This document shows positions 39,823 to 54,000 of a DNA stretch of 64,000 nt, one piece after another. Every line of letters begins with the position of its first letter. The stretch's first letter is position 1. Both the position numbers and the translations under genes were made by a program. The DNA is from Moniliella sp. 'wahieum' (taxonomy: Eukaryota): NCBI GenBank assembly GCA_003971905.1, contig RSEE01000011.1:62001-126000 (forward strand), read 5' to 3'. The notes below the pieces were generated by a model that had not been told where the DNA came from, did not search any database, and saw only the letters and a program-made list of their open reading frames with translations.

Positions 39823-41328
39823 TTACGGGAGCGTCTCCTTTTCCCCGCTCACGGCGTCGTGGCCGAGGGCGGCCCTTGTACAGATCGACCGAGGTGTGTG
39901 CATGCACCCGGTTTCCCACACGCCGGTGAAGATAGGCGTGGTACGACTCGGGCCACGGGCCGGGTTGGCCACCGTACACCAACCACCCGGGACAGCGGGG
40001 GCCTGCGAGCCGGCTTGCTGCAGGGGCGTGGAAGTGTGCGAAGCCGGGGCGGAAGGAGCAGGTGCGGTCTTGGTCGACGCGGACGGGTCGAGCGAAAGGG
40101 CATCCAGGTGCTGGTCCAGCGCCGCTGCGCTCGCCGCCTTTTCCAGCGGGGGCGAGAGGAGGGAGCCAGCACAGAGCTCGCACCCGCCTCGTTGCCTGCC
40201 GCTGTGGTCCCACCGAGCGTGGCGGGCGCATGATCGGCACACGTGCAGGTGCCTCCCAGGTGGACGGCAGTTTTCGGCAGGGATATAGTCGAGTAAGATC
40301 GACTTGTAGTCGGCGCCAACAATGTCAATCTTCTCCCGTGTCGCGACGGGAAGCCAGCCTTTGATGTAGCCAACATGGTAGCAAACACCCACGGCGCATT
40401 GATGATCTGCACCCGGCCCGACAGCTCGGGGAAGTTGTTGTCGAGAATGCCGAGCAAGGTTTGCAGCTGCGCCTTCATGGCCCAAAACGTGCCCAGCCCC
40501 AGGCCTTCGACATTGACAATCATCAGGTTGTCCTCGATCGGCCGCGGCACCTGGGCCGACGCGCAGGCATACTGGTACCGCACCGCCGCCTCGAGGCTGA
40601 CCGAAAACTTGGCCACAATGTCGGCCGGGGTGACCTGTTGAAGATGGCCGTCGTGTTGATCCCAGCCAAGTCCTGAATAAACACGGGGCGGCCAAGCTTA
40701 TCGGTCTTGTGGAAGTACATCCGCCATCCAAGCTCACTCACCTCCCGCTCCTCAGGCCAAGTCCAGCCCGATGCCAACTTGTCCTCCAACGCCAGCGGCG
40801 GCACCCCATCGTACGACGCTTGCGCCAACGCCGCCTGCGCCGCCGCTGCTCTGGGCCCGACGCGGGCACCACGGGCGGCGCATCGTACTTCCACTGGTGC
40901 GCACGCACGTACATCTGCACCGCTTGCGCCACGTTCCACTCGCGCGCACGCAGCCATCGCAGCAGGTGGACACGCTGCTGCACCACCACTGGCTGCGAGC
41001 CCCCACGCACTTCCACCTCAGTGGGGGGCGGGCCGCTGTGAGGCGCCGGGCAGCTGGCCATCAACCAGGCCGGGCAGCGTCGGCGTAACCGATTCGGGGC
41101 GCAGAATGGCAGCGGGTACGATGGGATCGTAGGGGGTAGGGAAGAAGCGCAGTTCCTTCATGTCGTACAGAGTCATGACAAACTGGGCCAGGAGGGCTTC
41201 CTGTTGCGCACTCATGTTGCCCACATGGCCAGAGGGATGGAAAACGCCTGAACGACGGGGTCGTTGGCGTAGGGGTCCGGCGGGAGGAGGGAGGAGCTGG
41301 GCGCCGGCGGCGACGGTTTGGACGACAT
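39823..41328 (-). CDS. Sec14-like CRAL-TRIO lipid-binding/transfer protein; frameshifted
   Basis: GHVGNMSAQQEALLAQF, LLRWLRAREWNVAQA, MYFHKTDKLGRPVFIQDL, LDNNFPELSGRVQIINAPWVF, LLDYIPAEN. Confidence 0.85.
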
Positions 41329-41925
41329 GCTGTGAGGATGGGGTAGGATGGGATGGGATGGGACGGAGAGGAGATAAGAGGAGAGGAGGTGCGATGGGCT
41401 GGGGGGGCCAGGAGAACGGCAGAACAGACGCCAGGACGCGGGAGGGAGGACCAACACAGACAAGCCGGCGGGAGGCAGGGAGGCAGAAGAAGGCGGCCGG
41501 GGCGAGAAGGAGGCAGCCCAGCCAGGCCAGTGGGAGCACCGCGTGCTGAGCTCAGCCTGGCACTGAGGTGGAGCGCAGGCGGCCAAGCGCCCCCCCAGTC
41601 GGCCGAGCTGGACGGTGAGTGCCCCACCGGTGATCCTCACCCGTGCGCGCCCCTGCTCACCGGTCGCGTCAGACGCAGGGCGACACTCGCCGCCCAGACG
41701 GCCAGTGTCCGTGCGCAGGTGCGTGGCAGCTGCCCCCGTGCCCCGCCGCTTCGAACGCGTCGCCCCACGGGGCCGCTCAGGCTGTTCCCCTGCCGACGAC
41801 AGTGGTGTCGTACGAGCGGCCGCGGTGAGTGATCGGTGACCGGTGATCGCATGCATCACACGCATCCATCGTCGCTTCGTCTATTCCGCACTTCCCCTGC
41901 CCATCCCGCAGGTGCGTGACCGAGG

Positions 41926-41952
41926 CACGTGATGGTCACGTGTCACGTGTCA
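41926..41952. promoter_or_regulatory. Cluster of three CACGTG E-boxes (two as GTCACGTG, Cbf1/USF-like) upstream of the Sec14-like gene
   Basis: gcacgtgatggtcacgtgtcacgtgtcacc; RTCACRTG is the established Cbf1 site in yeast. Function here is inferred only. Confidence 0.4.
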
Positions 41953-42208
41953 CCGTCCCTTCGCCGCCCACCTTCCCCATCCCCGGCGCCCACCCCACCG
42001 TCCGTGCGGGGCCCCCAGCGCAGCGCAGCTCAGCTCAGCGCAGCACAACGCAACACAGCTCAGCTCAGCTGCCACCTCACTACCCCTTCTATACCCGCAC
42101 ACCTCCCCCCAGCATTCCAGCGGCATGGATTGAATTGCAATAACCTAGTGCGCCTCGTCTTCCTTGCGGTCCGCTGCGGCCCTTTGCACCGCCCAGCAGA
42201 GTGACCGC

Positions 42209-43923
<1,715 letters not shown>

Positions 43924-44565
43924 TGTTGTCAGAGCCAGGCTGGTGGGGGTGGGTAGTATGCAAGAAGCGCTGCCCAGCGCATGAGAAGAATGGAGCACGG
44001 CCGCCGCGCAAGGCACTGCCCCCTGCCAGCGCAGCCACCGAAGCAGACCCGACACTGCCCCCCCGCTGCGGTGGAGGCGGCAGAGTGCTGGCAGCTGCCG
44101 CCCGCCCGGCCGGGAGGCAGGCCATGACACTGGCGCCGTGCGGGCCTGCGTCCAGCGTTACGTGAGCACTCAGGCTTAGAAATGGGCCGTCTGAGCCCAA
44201 CCCTAGCAGCAACCCTATTGCTATCTCTACGTCTGACCCCTCTGACCTCTTGGCCTGTAAAGCTATAAGCTGCATCCTTTAACGTCTTTAACCCTTTATC
44301 CTGTTGCTTCTACTTCTGTTCGCTGCGTGTCGCCTGACGCTCATCGAAATACACCCTCGTCCTGGCCGAGAGTCAGGAAGATGGGGCCAGGTGGGCCGAA
44401 AGTAGTGCAGGCCACCACCTCGGGCTCTCGCTGGATCCAAACCACAACACAAACACAAGCACAAAAATCCATCTATCTACAAGAAAGTAATGCGTTGTTG
44501 CATCCCGGACACGCAGAAAGAAGATCGATGCTTTTGGAGGCGAACAAGGAAGGCCGAAACGAAGC

Positions 44566-45996
44566 TTAGCCGATCAGGTCGCCCAACGCGTTCATCTCGG
44601 GACCGCCCGATTCGCGCAACCCATTTCAAAGTACGAGTAGATGGTCGTCACAGCCATTAGGATGCCTGTGCCCGAGCCAAACGCGCCAATCAAGTCGGCC
44701 GCGACCGAGAGCGCACCAATCGTGGCGCCACCCCAGGCAGCGGCAGTGGGGATGATTTTCTTCAGTTCCTTGTACATGGACCATCGCGGTGGCCGGCCAT
44801 GACCATGCCATTGTCCTTCAGCTGCTTGGCCACGTCCCGCGGGCCCGAGCCCGACACGTCAATCCACGCCTTGGAGATCAGAGCGCACATGACCAAAGTG
44901 AAGGCGACATTGACCAGGGTGTGGATCGGGTCCTTGGCTGCGTCGGACAGGGACGTTGGTGGAGAGAGGTAGTAGGACAAGCCGCCAACGGCATGCAGCT
45001 GCGGCGAGTCGTCGAGCGGCTCCCACACACCCAGCAGACGCACAAGCAAGTGCGACGGGAAGCGCGAGGAGAGCATTTGCGAAATGATAAACACATTGCT
45101 GGTCAAGGTGCTGGTGAGCATGATGGGCATGTTGGATATAGAAGAGCTTGACGGGGTACCGCCCCTGCTGGCCGCGGAAGCGAACCGATTTGATCGGGAT
45201 CTCAACGCGGAAGCCTTGGAGGTAAATAACGGCAAGGAAGACCACAAGGGTGGCGAGGAGGTTCATCACGTTGGGCAAACGGTCGCGGAAAAAGGCCTCC
45301 TTTAGCGCACGAGTCTTGTCGTTCCAGGTAAAGAGAAGGTGCACCAGGGCAACCAGGGCGCCCTCAAACTCGGGACCACGACCAGTGTTAACCGTGGTGG
45401 GGCTAAACGCCTTCCATACAATGCTCTCGCAAATGTTGGTAGCAATAAACAGGCTGATTCCCGATCCCAGGCCGTACCCCTTGACCAACAGCTCGTCCAA
45501 CAGAATCACAATGAGTCCAGCAACGACAAGCTGGAGATGAGCAGCAGGCAGACCCGGCGCCGAGCTGCGAGGGGGGGCCATACAGACCGGACAGAACGTA
45601 TACCGTAGCCTGGCCGAGCGAGATGAGAATGGCAAAAAGTTTCTGAGCGCCACCAAAGAGGGCACGGTCCTCCTTGAGGCTAAAGTCAACCTCAATGAGG
45701 TTGGCGCCAGCGAGCAGCTGCATGATCATGCCCGAGGTGATGATGGGACTGATTCCGAGTTCCATTAGTGTCCCGCGATTGGAAGCAAGGATGACACGCA
45801 TCCAGTAGAGTGGGTCGGAACTGTCGGAGGACATGATGCCATAGAGAGGGATCTGCGACGAGACGAGAAAGATGCCGAGCACAATGGCGGTCCACAGCAC
45901 TCGACTGTGAAAGGGCACCTTGCGTTCGGGGGCAGCAACCTCAGGAAGGACCCCCATAAAGGGACGCACCAGCGCCAAGAAGCGGAACGAGCTCAT
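44566..45996 (-). CDS. SEC61: Protein translocon subunit Sec61 alpha; frameshifted
   Basis: [74 protein letters not shown]. Confidence 0.95.
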
Positions 45997-46469
45997 CCTC
46001 TCCCCACGTGCGAATCTGAGGCCAGGGTCGGGAGTATGGGGTGGTGATGGTAGGCAACCGACTTCCTTCGCAGTCATGCATCATGCCATCCTGCAAGGAG
46101 CCACACTGCGCCCCACCACGTGGCACATTTGGCGCTGTACATATTCTGCCAACCCTACTGCTGCGGTCACGTGCTGAGACCCCTCTCCGGTTTTGGCTGG
46201 CCATGGCCTGCCTCCCTTGGGGCGAAAGTGGACGTGGCGGCGTGCACGCGTACACATCGATGGTCCACTGGGATGCATTTCGTGGGGAAGCGAGCGAGGG
46301 AGAAAACAGGGTAGGACGTCTTGGTCCGGACGAGGGAGGAGAAAGATGGCTTCCAGGAAACCAGAACAGGGCGAATCAACGAGTCTTGTGTATTGTTCAT
46401 TGCGCATTGTGCATTTGGCAAACGTTAGCCATCACCGTGCAAACAAAAAGGCCAACGAACTGGCCAGGC

Positions 46470-48083
46470 TCACAAATGGGCAGTAGCGTCCTTCGACCAG
46501 GCCTTGGCCCGCTCCTCATCCCACACACCCTCGCGATGGAGGAGGCCATGGACATGCTCCTCCGGGTCAGTGCGGAGGAAACCGGAGGGGGAAAAAGCAG
46601 CACGGATGTGGCTGATGAGGATGTCGGGGACCTCGATAGCAGGAAAGTGGCCCCCAACCTCGGCCTGGGCGGCCCAGACCAAATTGCTTTGGGTTTCGAG
46701 CCAGCGCAGACTTGGCTGCATCATCTCGCCAGGAAAACGACTGAAGGCGAGGGGTTGTTTTACGTAGAGTGCCGAGTGGGACACGAGCGCTGCAGCATCG
46801 GGGTTAAGGCTGTATGGCAAGAGACTGGTGCCGATACAGCCAGTCTGCCAATAAAGTGTCATGAGGGACAAATACTTGGTCAGTCCAATCGCGGGCGACG
46901 CTTCTCGATCGCACCCATTGCCACCAGGCTAGGTTTGTCCGTCAACAAGGGATACGTGATGGCGCTGGTGTACGACAAAAGACCTGCGGGTGAGTCAAGC
47001 AGAGCATGCATCACCGCCCCCGGCCGATACTTTTGGATGTAGTAGTACGCCCATCTTCTTCACGAGTGTAAGTCTGGCCAGCCACAGAGATGAGCAAGGT
47101 TGGTAAAGGAGTCCTGATCGCCTGACAGAAAAAGACAAAAACGTACTTCTCGACTTGGTTTTGGTGTGACCTTACCTGTCTTGGCCTGAAGCGGCGCTTT
47201 GCCCGAGCTCTTACCTTGACTTTTCGCCTTGGCTTTGGTCTTACCCCCACCCGAGGCCGGCGGATGATGAGGCCCAGGGAAAAAGTTGAGATGGACAGCT
47301 TTAACAGCGGTGCCGGGCAGATTGGCAAGGACACGGGCATGCAAAGAGCCCCAGTCGGTGCCATGCACAGCATAGCCAGACCAAATGCTGCCGCTGCCTC
47401 CTTGCCCGTAGCCAAGGCCGTACATCAGCGCATTGAGAATACGCGCATAACCAAACATGTCCCCGATGTAATGTTTGCTTGAAGGCGGAGGGGTGCTCCA
47501 TACGAACCCAGGAAGGGATGGAATGACGACATGGAATGCAGGGTCAGAAGGATCGCCTGTAGGTTCAACGGTTAGTGGGAGGGGGACTAGTGGACGTAAA
47601 GCGGCGGGCAAGAGGGGAGCGAGAGATACATACTTGGGTTGGTTAGCGGCTCAATCAGCTCCCAAAACTCGAAGAAAGATGAGGGCCAGCCATGCAGGAG
47701 GAGAGCGGAATAGCATCTGGGCGGCGGGAGCGGCGATGAACAAAGTGCAGCTGGTGGCACCAGTCGATATCCGCCACGTAGTGGGGGTGCTGTTCCAACG
47801 TAGTCTGGAAGGCGTCAAAGTCAAAGATGCTGGCCCAGTAGGCCAACTGATCCCGTAACAGCGTCGGGTCGGGCGCCTGCTGCCGGGAGGGCATGTCGGA
47901 CGGCAAAATTTCCCAGGGCAGCGTCCGGTCCGCCGAAGCGAGGCGGGCAATGGCCGGGTGCAGTCGTAAGCGCAGATCGTCGACCATGCGCGGGGAGGCC
48001 ACCTCCGGCTCGAACGGCTTGAGCCTCCGCACAGGCGGCACAGGCTCCGAGAGTGCCTTCTCTGTTGTCCATTTGTCGACCAT
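46470..48083 (-). CDS. Microsomal-type (EHN + alpha/beta hydrolase) epoxide hydrolase; probable short introns, frameshifted
   Basis: LHFVHRRS, HGWP (across a frameshift), FHVVIPSLPGF, nucleophile GTDWGS, AVHLNF, GGHFPAIEVP; ends ATAHL-stop. Confidence 0.85.
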
Positions 48084-49006
48084 GGCGGCTGGTGTGGTGG
48101 TAAGCGCGGGAGGGGGGCAGACGAACGATCAATCGATCAACGTTCAACCCATAAGGGTTCATCCTGAACGGCAAGGCTGGCCTGATCAAAGGCACGGTGG
48201 CGCTTCGGCTTTGCCCCACACTGAGGCGCCGGACGGAGCCGAGGGTTACGTAAAGCCGCCGCTGCCCCCTAATGCATTTGGGGGAGGGTAGGCGGCCGCG
48301 GAGCTGGGTGCGAGACTTGTGTGGCCAGCCGAGCCCTCCGCCACCACACCGCCACCACAGCCGGGTCGGCCGGAATGCATAATTGCGCAACCGGATGCCG
48401 CGCATGGCCAGCGCCACGAGTGGCGTGCCAACTATCGAGTTCCCACGCTTCCTCTGCACCTATGGGAACGTGGAAACCATATCGAATTTCGCCTCTGATC
48501 AGTATCACTTGCAACAACTACTAGTAGGTTGCCCTCTCAGAACAATTGCCGTTAACCACCACCAGGGGAATATTGGCCACATTCCATGCGGAGAGATAAC
48601 TAGGTGCTTGGCCCTGGGGACATGCCCCTTAGCACTCGCGCGCTCCCCGCACTTTACTGCGACATGTAGCTTGGGCGCCTATGGACCCGATTACGAATGG
48701 AGAGAAGGAAAAGTACAAAAAGGGCTTCATTCAGGAGTGTCCCGGTAGGAAGGAGGGGAAAATGAAGGTTGCCTCACCTCTGCAGATCAGAGACCGGCAC
48801 GGATCTCAAAGACAGGGGGTGAGGGCGATGGGGTAGTCGAGGGGTAACTTGTAAACTATGATGGAAGGAAAAGTCGCAGAAATGAAGGTGACATGAAAGG
48901 CGTAAAGGGTGAGTCGAAGCGTGGGCGATAACGTGAAGGACCACGAGGAGAGAACGAGGAACCAGACCGGGGAGATATGGAAGACCGTGACAAAAAAGGA
49001 AGAGGA

Positions 49007-50888
49007 TTAGATACTCTGGGCCCCAGGATCCTTCGCCTCCTCCACTTCAAGCTCGCGGGTAAGCTTGAGACATGCGTCCACATTCGGTTCGGCGGCGGTC
49101 ATGACCAGCGCGGGTGTACGACGGACAAACTTGGCACTCGCGTCCTGAGACGCCAGCATCACCCCTGGCTCTGCTTCCGCAACGGGGTGGTCGCCCCAGT
49201 ACCACAGCCTGCGGTCAGGATTAGCTCGGCCGATCCGTCCGAGAAACGGGGGGAGCGCTGTCTCCTTCCTCTGCTGCCAGCCTCTCGTCCAATACAGGGG
49301 CCGAAACCGCCGTCGCGTCCCGTGAGACGTGCGGGCTGAAGTGTAGCGACGCGAAGTCCATGGTCTGGCCTGATTCTTGGGCAAGAGCTGACCACTCGGC
49401 ATGCATCTCCCCGCCTCGGCTTGGAACGCGGCGATAAAGCCCGAGGGGCACCTGCTAAACTCGACCTCCCCAAATGCAGAGAAAGCTGGAGGGGGTGTCC
49501 ACTGTGCCGAACTTTCATGGTATGCTGCAAGCCAGGGTGCTGAAGTGCGTCTTGAGCCGAAATCCGCTCGAGCGGATCCCAACGAAGACATTGGCGGATC
49601 AAGTCAACGGCCAAAGGGTCGGTATCGGGGAACTGTGCTTCAAGTGAGGGCTCGGGCCGAGGACCCCATGACAATACGATGCGTTGGGCCGATTGCGAGG
49701 AGGAATGGGCGAGCAAGTCAGGGGACGGGCTACCAATCACGTTGTAGATCCGTGATAGTTGATCGACGTAGTCCTTGCCCGGGAACAAGGGTTGACCTAG
49801 CAGGAGCTCAGCGAGGATGCACCCTACCGACCACATATCCATCTCGGGGCCGTAGCCCTCGCGGAACAGGAGCAGAATCTCGGGCGAACGGTACCAGCGC
49901 GTGGCCACATGGCCAGACAAGGGCGCCGGGGTAAAAGAGGCGGGTGGGCTGGTCACCTGTGTGCACGCGCAGCTTGCCTGGATGCCAACCAGGCGGAGGA
50001 ACAGCGGAAACGGGTTCATTGTCGGGGCAACGACAGCATGGAGAAGAAAGGTGCTGTGCGCTAGCGGCGTGTTGCAGGGCTGGACTTGCTTTGGTAGAAA
50101 GAGAGGGCGTGTCGGACCAAGCGCGAGCCAAACCATAGTCGCAAATGCGTAACGCACAGTCTGAATTGACTAGCAGGTTGCTCGGCTTCAGATCCCGATG
50201 GACAATGTGGGCAGCGTGTATGTACCGTACACCGCGCAATAGTTGGACGGCAAAATATTGGAGGTGAGCGTTGCTTAACGATTGACGGGAGCGGATGATC
50301 TGTAAAAGGTTGGCTTCCGACGGGGCCATGACCAAGTAGATTTCACCCAACTCAACAAAGGTAGCGTCAAAATCGAGAAGGACAGTGGAATTGTCGCACA
50401 TGCTCAGGTGACGCAGGATGGCAACTTCACGAAGTGCATGGCGAGCGACACCACCATGTTTGAAAATGCGGCTCATTTTCTTCAGGCTAAAAAAACGAGT
50501 CAGTGCGGGGGCTCAAGCCCTTGCGCCAAGAGAGATCATTGTTACTCACGCGACCGTCACGTTGAGAACCGAATCGTGAGCCAGAGCTACACAGCCATAG
50601 GAGCCAACACCGAGCGCACGAACGAATTTGTAGCGCTGGTGGACGTGGAAAGGGACGCCAAGGCACTCAAATGTGTGGTAACCATGCTGGCGAGTCGGTC
50701 GGGGAAAAAGTGGGGTACAATTGTGCCGGGAACATTCGCTGGCGCGGGCGCCGCCCGGGATTGGACGGCAGCATCAGATACACCTCGCCGGCGGCCGACA
50801 ACAGGAGCACGAACAGAAACTGGTGAACAGGATGATGGAGGTGGGATATGCAGGGGAAGCAGCAGTGGGGGGGGCAGGCACTGCACAT
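49007..50888 (-). CDS. MAP kinase family protein (Slt2/Mpk-like) with a non-canonical activation loop; intron 50487-50549; ends approximate
   Basis: GVGSYG, VA/LKK, RHALREVAILRHL, HRDLKPSNLLVNSDCALRICDYGLAR, VATRWYRSPEILL, DMWSVGCILAELL, LFPGKDYVDQL. Confidence 0.85.
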
Positions 50889-50985
50889 GGTAGGCAAGGG
50901 GGGGAGTGGGGGGGGCACGTCGAGCGCGCTGAAGGGGGCAGCAGGTGAAAGGGGCACAGGGGGGCGTATGAACGAGGCGATGAAT

Positions 50986-51032
50986 ACGGCGCTCACGGCG
51001 CTCACGGCGCTCACGGCGCTCACGGCCCACGG
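50986..51032. repeat. 9-bp tandem repeat (CGGCGCTCA) x4 plus a degenerate copy, upstream of the MAPK
   Basis: cggcgctca cggcgctca cggcgctca cggcgctca cggccca. Confidence 0.85.
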
Positions 51033-54000
51033 CGGGCAAAAGCGGCGGAGCAGGAGTGAGGGGCGGTGGGGAGAGGGCATGCCAGGTGGGGGATGACGGG
51101 GGATGGCGGTGGCGGTGGAAGTGGTATTAATGCACACGCGAGATAGGAAAACAAGAGGGCGCTTCTAATGTTGTGGCGAGGAGGGAGATGGTCCACGCGC
51201 GCGCGTGTGCGCGCAGGCGCGTACTAGCACAGTTTTTTTCAGCATCCCAAGCAAGCGAGTGCGGTTTGTGGGCGTACGTGCCATGTGAAATCTGAGATTC
51301 TAAGATCCAACCCAGGCTGGCCTCTGGCCCGTGGCCCGCTCGGCTAGACGTGGGTTTTGTAGGGCGCTGCACTGTGTTGCGGTGGGGGGTGTCTACCCAT
51401 CGACTTCTCAGCACCGAGCGGGACCATCGATCGCCATCGACCATCACTAACTGCATCACGGCCATCGTCAACGTAGTTCAACGAGTTCAACTGGACGTTG
51501 GATTCAATGTTCAACCGAACGTTCAATATATTCAACCCCCCCGTTCGACGGCCGAGGAGCTGAGGTGGGGCCGTGAGATGCCTGGCGCGTTATTGGTGAC
51601 GGCTCGCTGAGGGGCAGCGAGTCATCGATCATCGCATCAGAGCTCAGCCTGAACAACGCAGACGAAGCACGCGGTGGGAGTGTTACATGTTACTAGTTGC
51701 TGCTTTCGTCCTTGCCACCGGCACAAACGTCGTTCATATCACTGGCCAACTCGCATCTACCCGCTGTTACTCGCTGTCAGCGCCAGCTCAGCACTCGGTC
51801 CTAAGTTTTCCCTCTATTTTGCCCATGAAAAGCTTGAAGATAAGAATCGTATTGACTCTCCATTTGCCCTTGCCTGTCGTCTCCCAGGCACCGAGGCAAC
51901 GCTGAGGAGCTGAGGCCCATATACATACCGCATACAGGCTCAGCGCTCAGTGTGAGCCTCAGCCGCACTCAGCAGCCGCGGAACGCGAACCCCACAAATG
52001 GGGGGACTCGAAGCTTGGAAAGCTTAAGCTATTGTAAGGGCTTGAAGATAGCACTCTTATCATTCGTAAAAGCTTCAAGCTTCAAGATAAAAGGACAAAG
52101 GAAACGCCGTGCGCCACTGCTGCTGCAGCACTTATATCAGAAGAGGCTCTTCGCTCATGCAGCGTGTACAGCTATAATCCGTGCCCCCATATCCAAGGAG
52201 GCCGAAAACAGTCGAGGAGAGTCATCGCCAGCAGGTGAGGCCACCGCTGCCCTCTCAGTGACTCCCCCCATTCTTCGCTCCCAAGAGGCCGAATGTATAG
52301 CGCGAGTGGATGCGAATGAGCGTGGTAGACATGTGTACAAAGCGATAAAAACAAACGATAAAGGGTCTCCAATGATATAGATTCTTCCCGTCGATCAGTA
52401 TGCGTTTCTGTAAAGGAGGTAAAGGAGGGTGTCTACGGTTTAGACAGCACTGCATTCGCCCTCCGTCTTTGCAGGGGGGCTAGAACACTCCACGGCGGCG
52501 ACCGGAATCCGGCTGGTTTGATCACAAGCCAACAGGAAGGTTCACATCAGCGTTGCCCGAACGAGAGATCCATTGGCTAGATGCACCAGCTACCAGCATC
52601 AATAACAAGTTTGGTTTTGACATTTCTACCTGGACAACACTGCCGATCAAACGAGCTTAACATTCTGCGTATCCTCGTTCATCGTCTTGGCAGCGCAGAT
52701 ATGACGTTGTTTCTGTACAGGTGTGACTCCACTCTACTTTGCATTTTGGAAGCATAGATAAGTAAAGTTCAACAGTAAAAGTGTTAAAACGACCCCTTCT
52801 TTGTCCTAGCTTCTCCCTCTCACAAGAGACTTGTCGGCACTGCCACCTCCTCTTTCTTTGGACAGCTGACAAAGTAACTAAATGTTCAGTGTAGATTCGG
52901 TCGAGGCGACGATGTGTTCTTGACGATGAGTACTTCAAACGAATTGTAACATCTGCTTCTCAAAGCTCAAGCGAACCGGCGGAGAGAATCCTGGATTTGG
53001 CGCATGCACAACCAGTTGCACAGAAAAACAAAAACGGCACGTCGTGTCTCTTCCTTATCATCTGGATCCAGACCAGCATCTCGGAGATCGCGCAGTCGAC
53101 GAAAGTGGGAGCGGAAGTCTGGGTTGGCCTGGACCGACGACACCATCGTTCGCTACTGCCGCTGCCCTCAACGTCCTCAACAGCTGTTGCAAGTGGCGTA
53201 GAATCGGATTTGGGAGCGAAACGGTGGCTAAAGAGTTTGGGTTGGCTCGCGCTCCCAAATTGGGAGGCGTTCGTTCAACTTCACCTGGATGGTTTCGGCA
53301 AAGAGATCATCATGATTGCGATCAGCTCAACCAACCCGTCGAGCGACGCTCTGTCCCTTGGCTACGCCAGCATCGAAAGGTCACGGTCATAATTCTGTTC
53401 GCAAAACGCGTTGGCCAATGACTTCACTCGCATCTCCGCGGTGGTCGCGAGCACGTACGCGTCATCTTTGTGGATGAGAGGCACAAGATGTAGCTCGAGA
53501 AGTAATAGAGCACTCGTTCCTCCACAGACCAAATATACGCGGTGCGGGCAGTGCAGTCAAATTGTCGGAGTAGATGAAAAGATGGAATTCAAGACCAGCA
53601 TTCGCCCGCTCTGCGTCCAGCGCTATCGTGAAAGAGAGAAGTATGTGTTTGTTCGACAGAATCCGATCCACTGTCTGAATAAAGAAGGCGCTTGGTTCCT
53701 CAAAGTTCTATGCTCGGAATCCCAGCGGGTGAGGGTTCATCAGTGGTCATGTGGTGCTTTTGCCGCCTACCACCCAAAAAACGAGTTCCTTCTCTACTGC
53801 GAGTTGCACAGGAGGGCACACCACAGTCCTTGTGAGGGTTGTAAATATGCTGCCCGAGCGATCGAATCGACTTTTGACCCAAGTGACTGGCATCAGTTTC
53901 TCCAATGTATGGCTGAGCAAATCCGTTCTCATCACTTCGGCCCAAGCCCTATACAGTAATGCAAGGTGACAATCAATAGAGAGGGGCCGCTCCCCAAAAG

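Noticed and set aside
44199..44217. Telomere-like AACCCTA motifs (also 30071 and, on the other strand, 20623)
   Set aside because: Single or paired copies only; not a telomeric array, and too short to support a regulatory call
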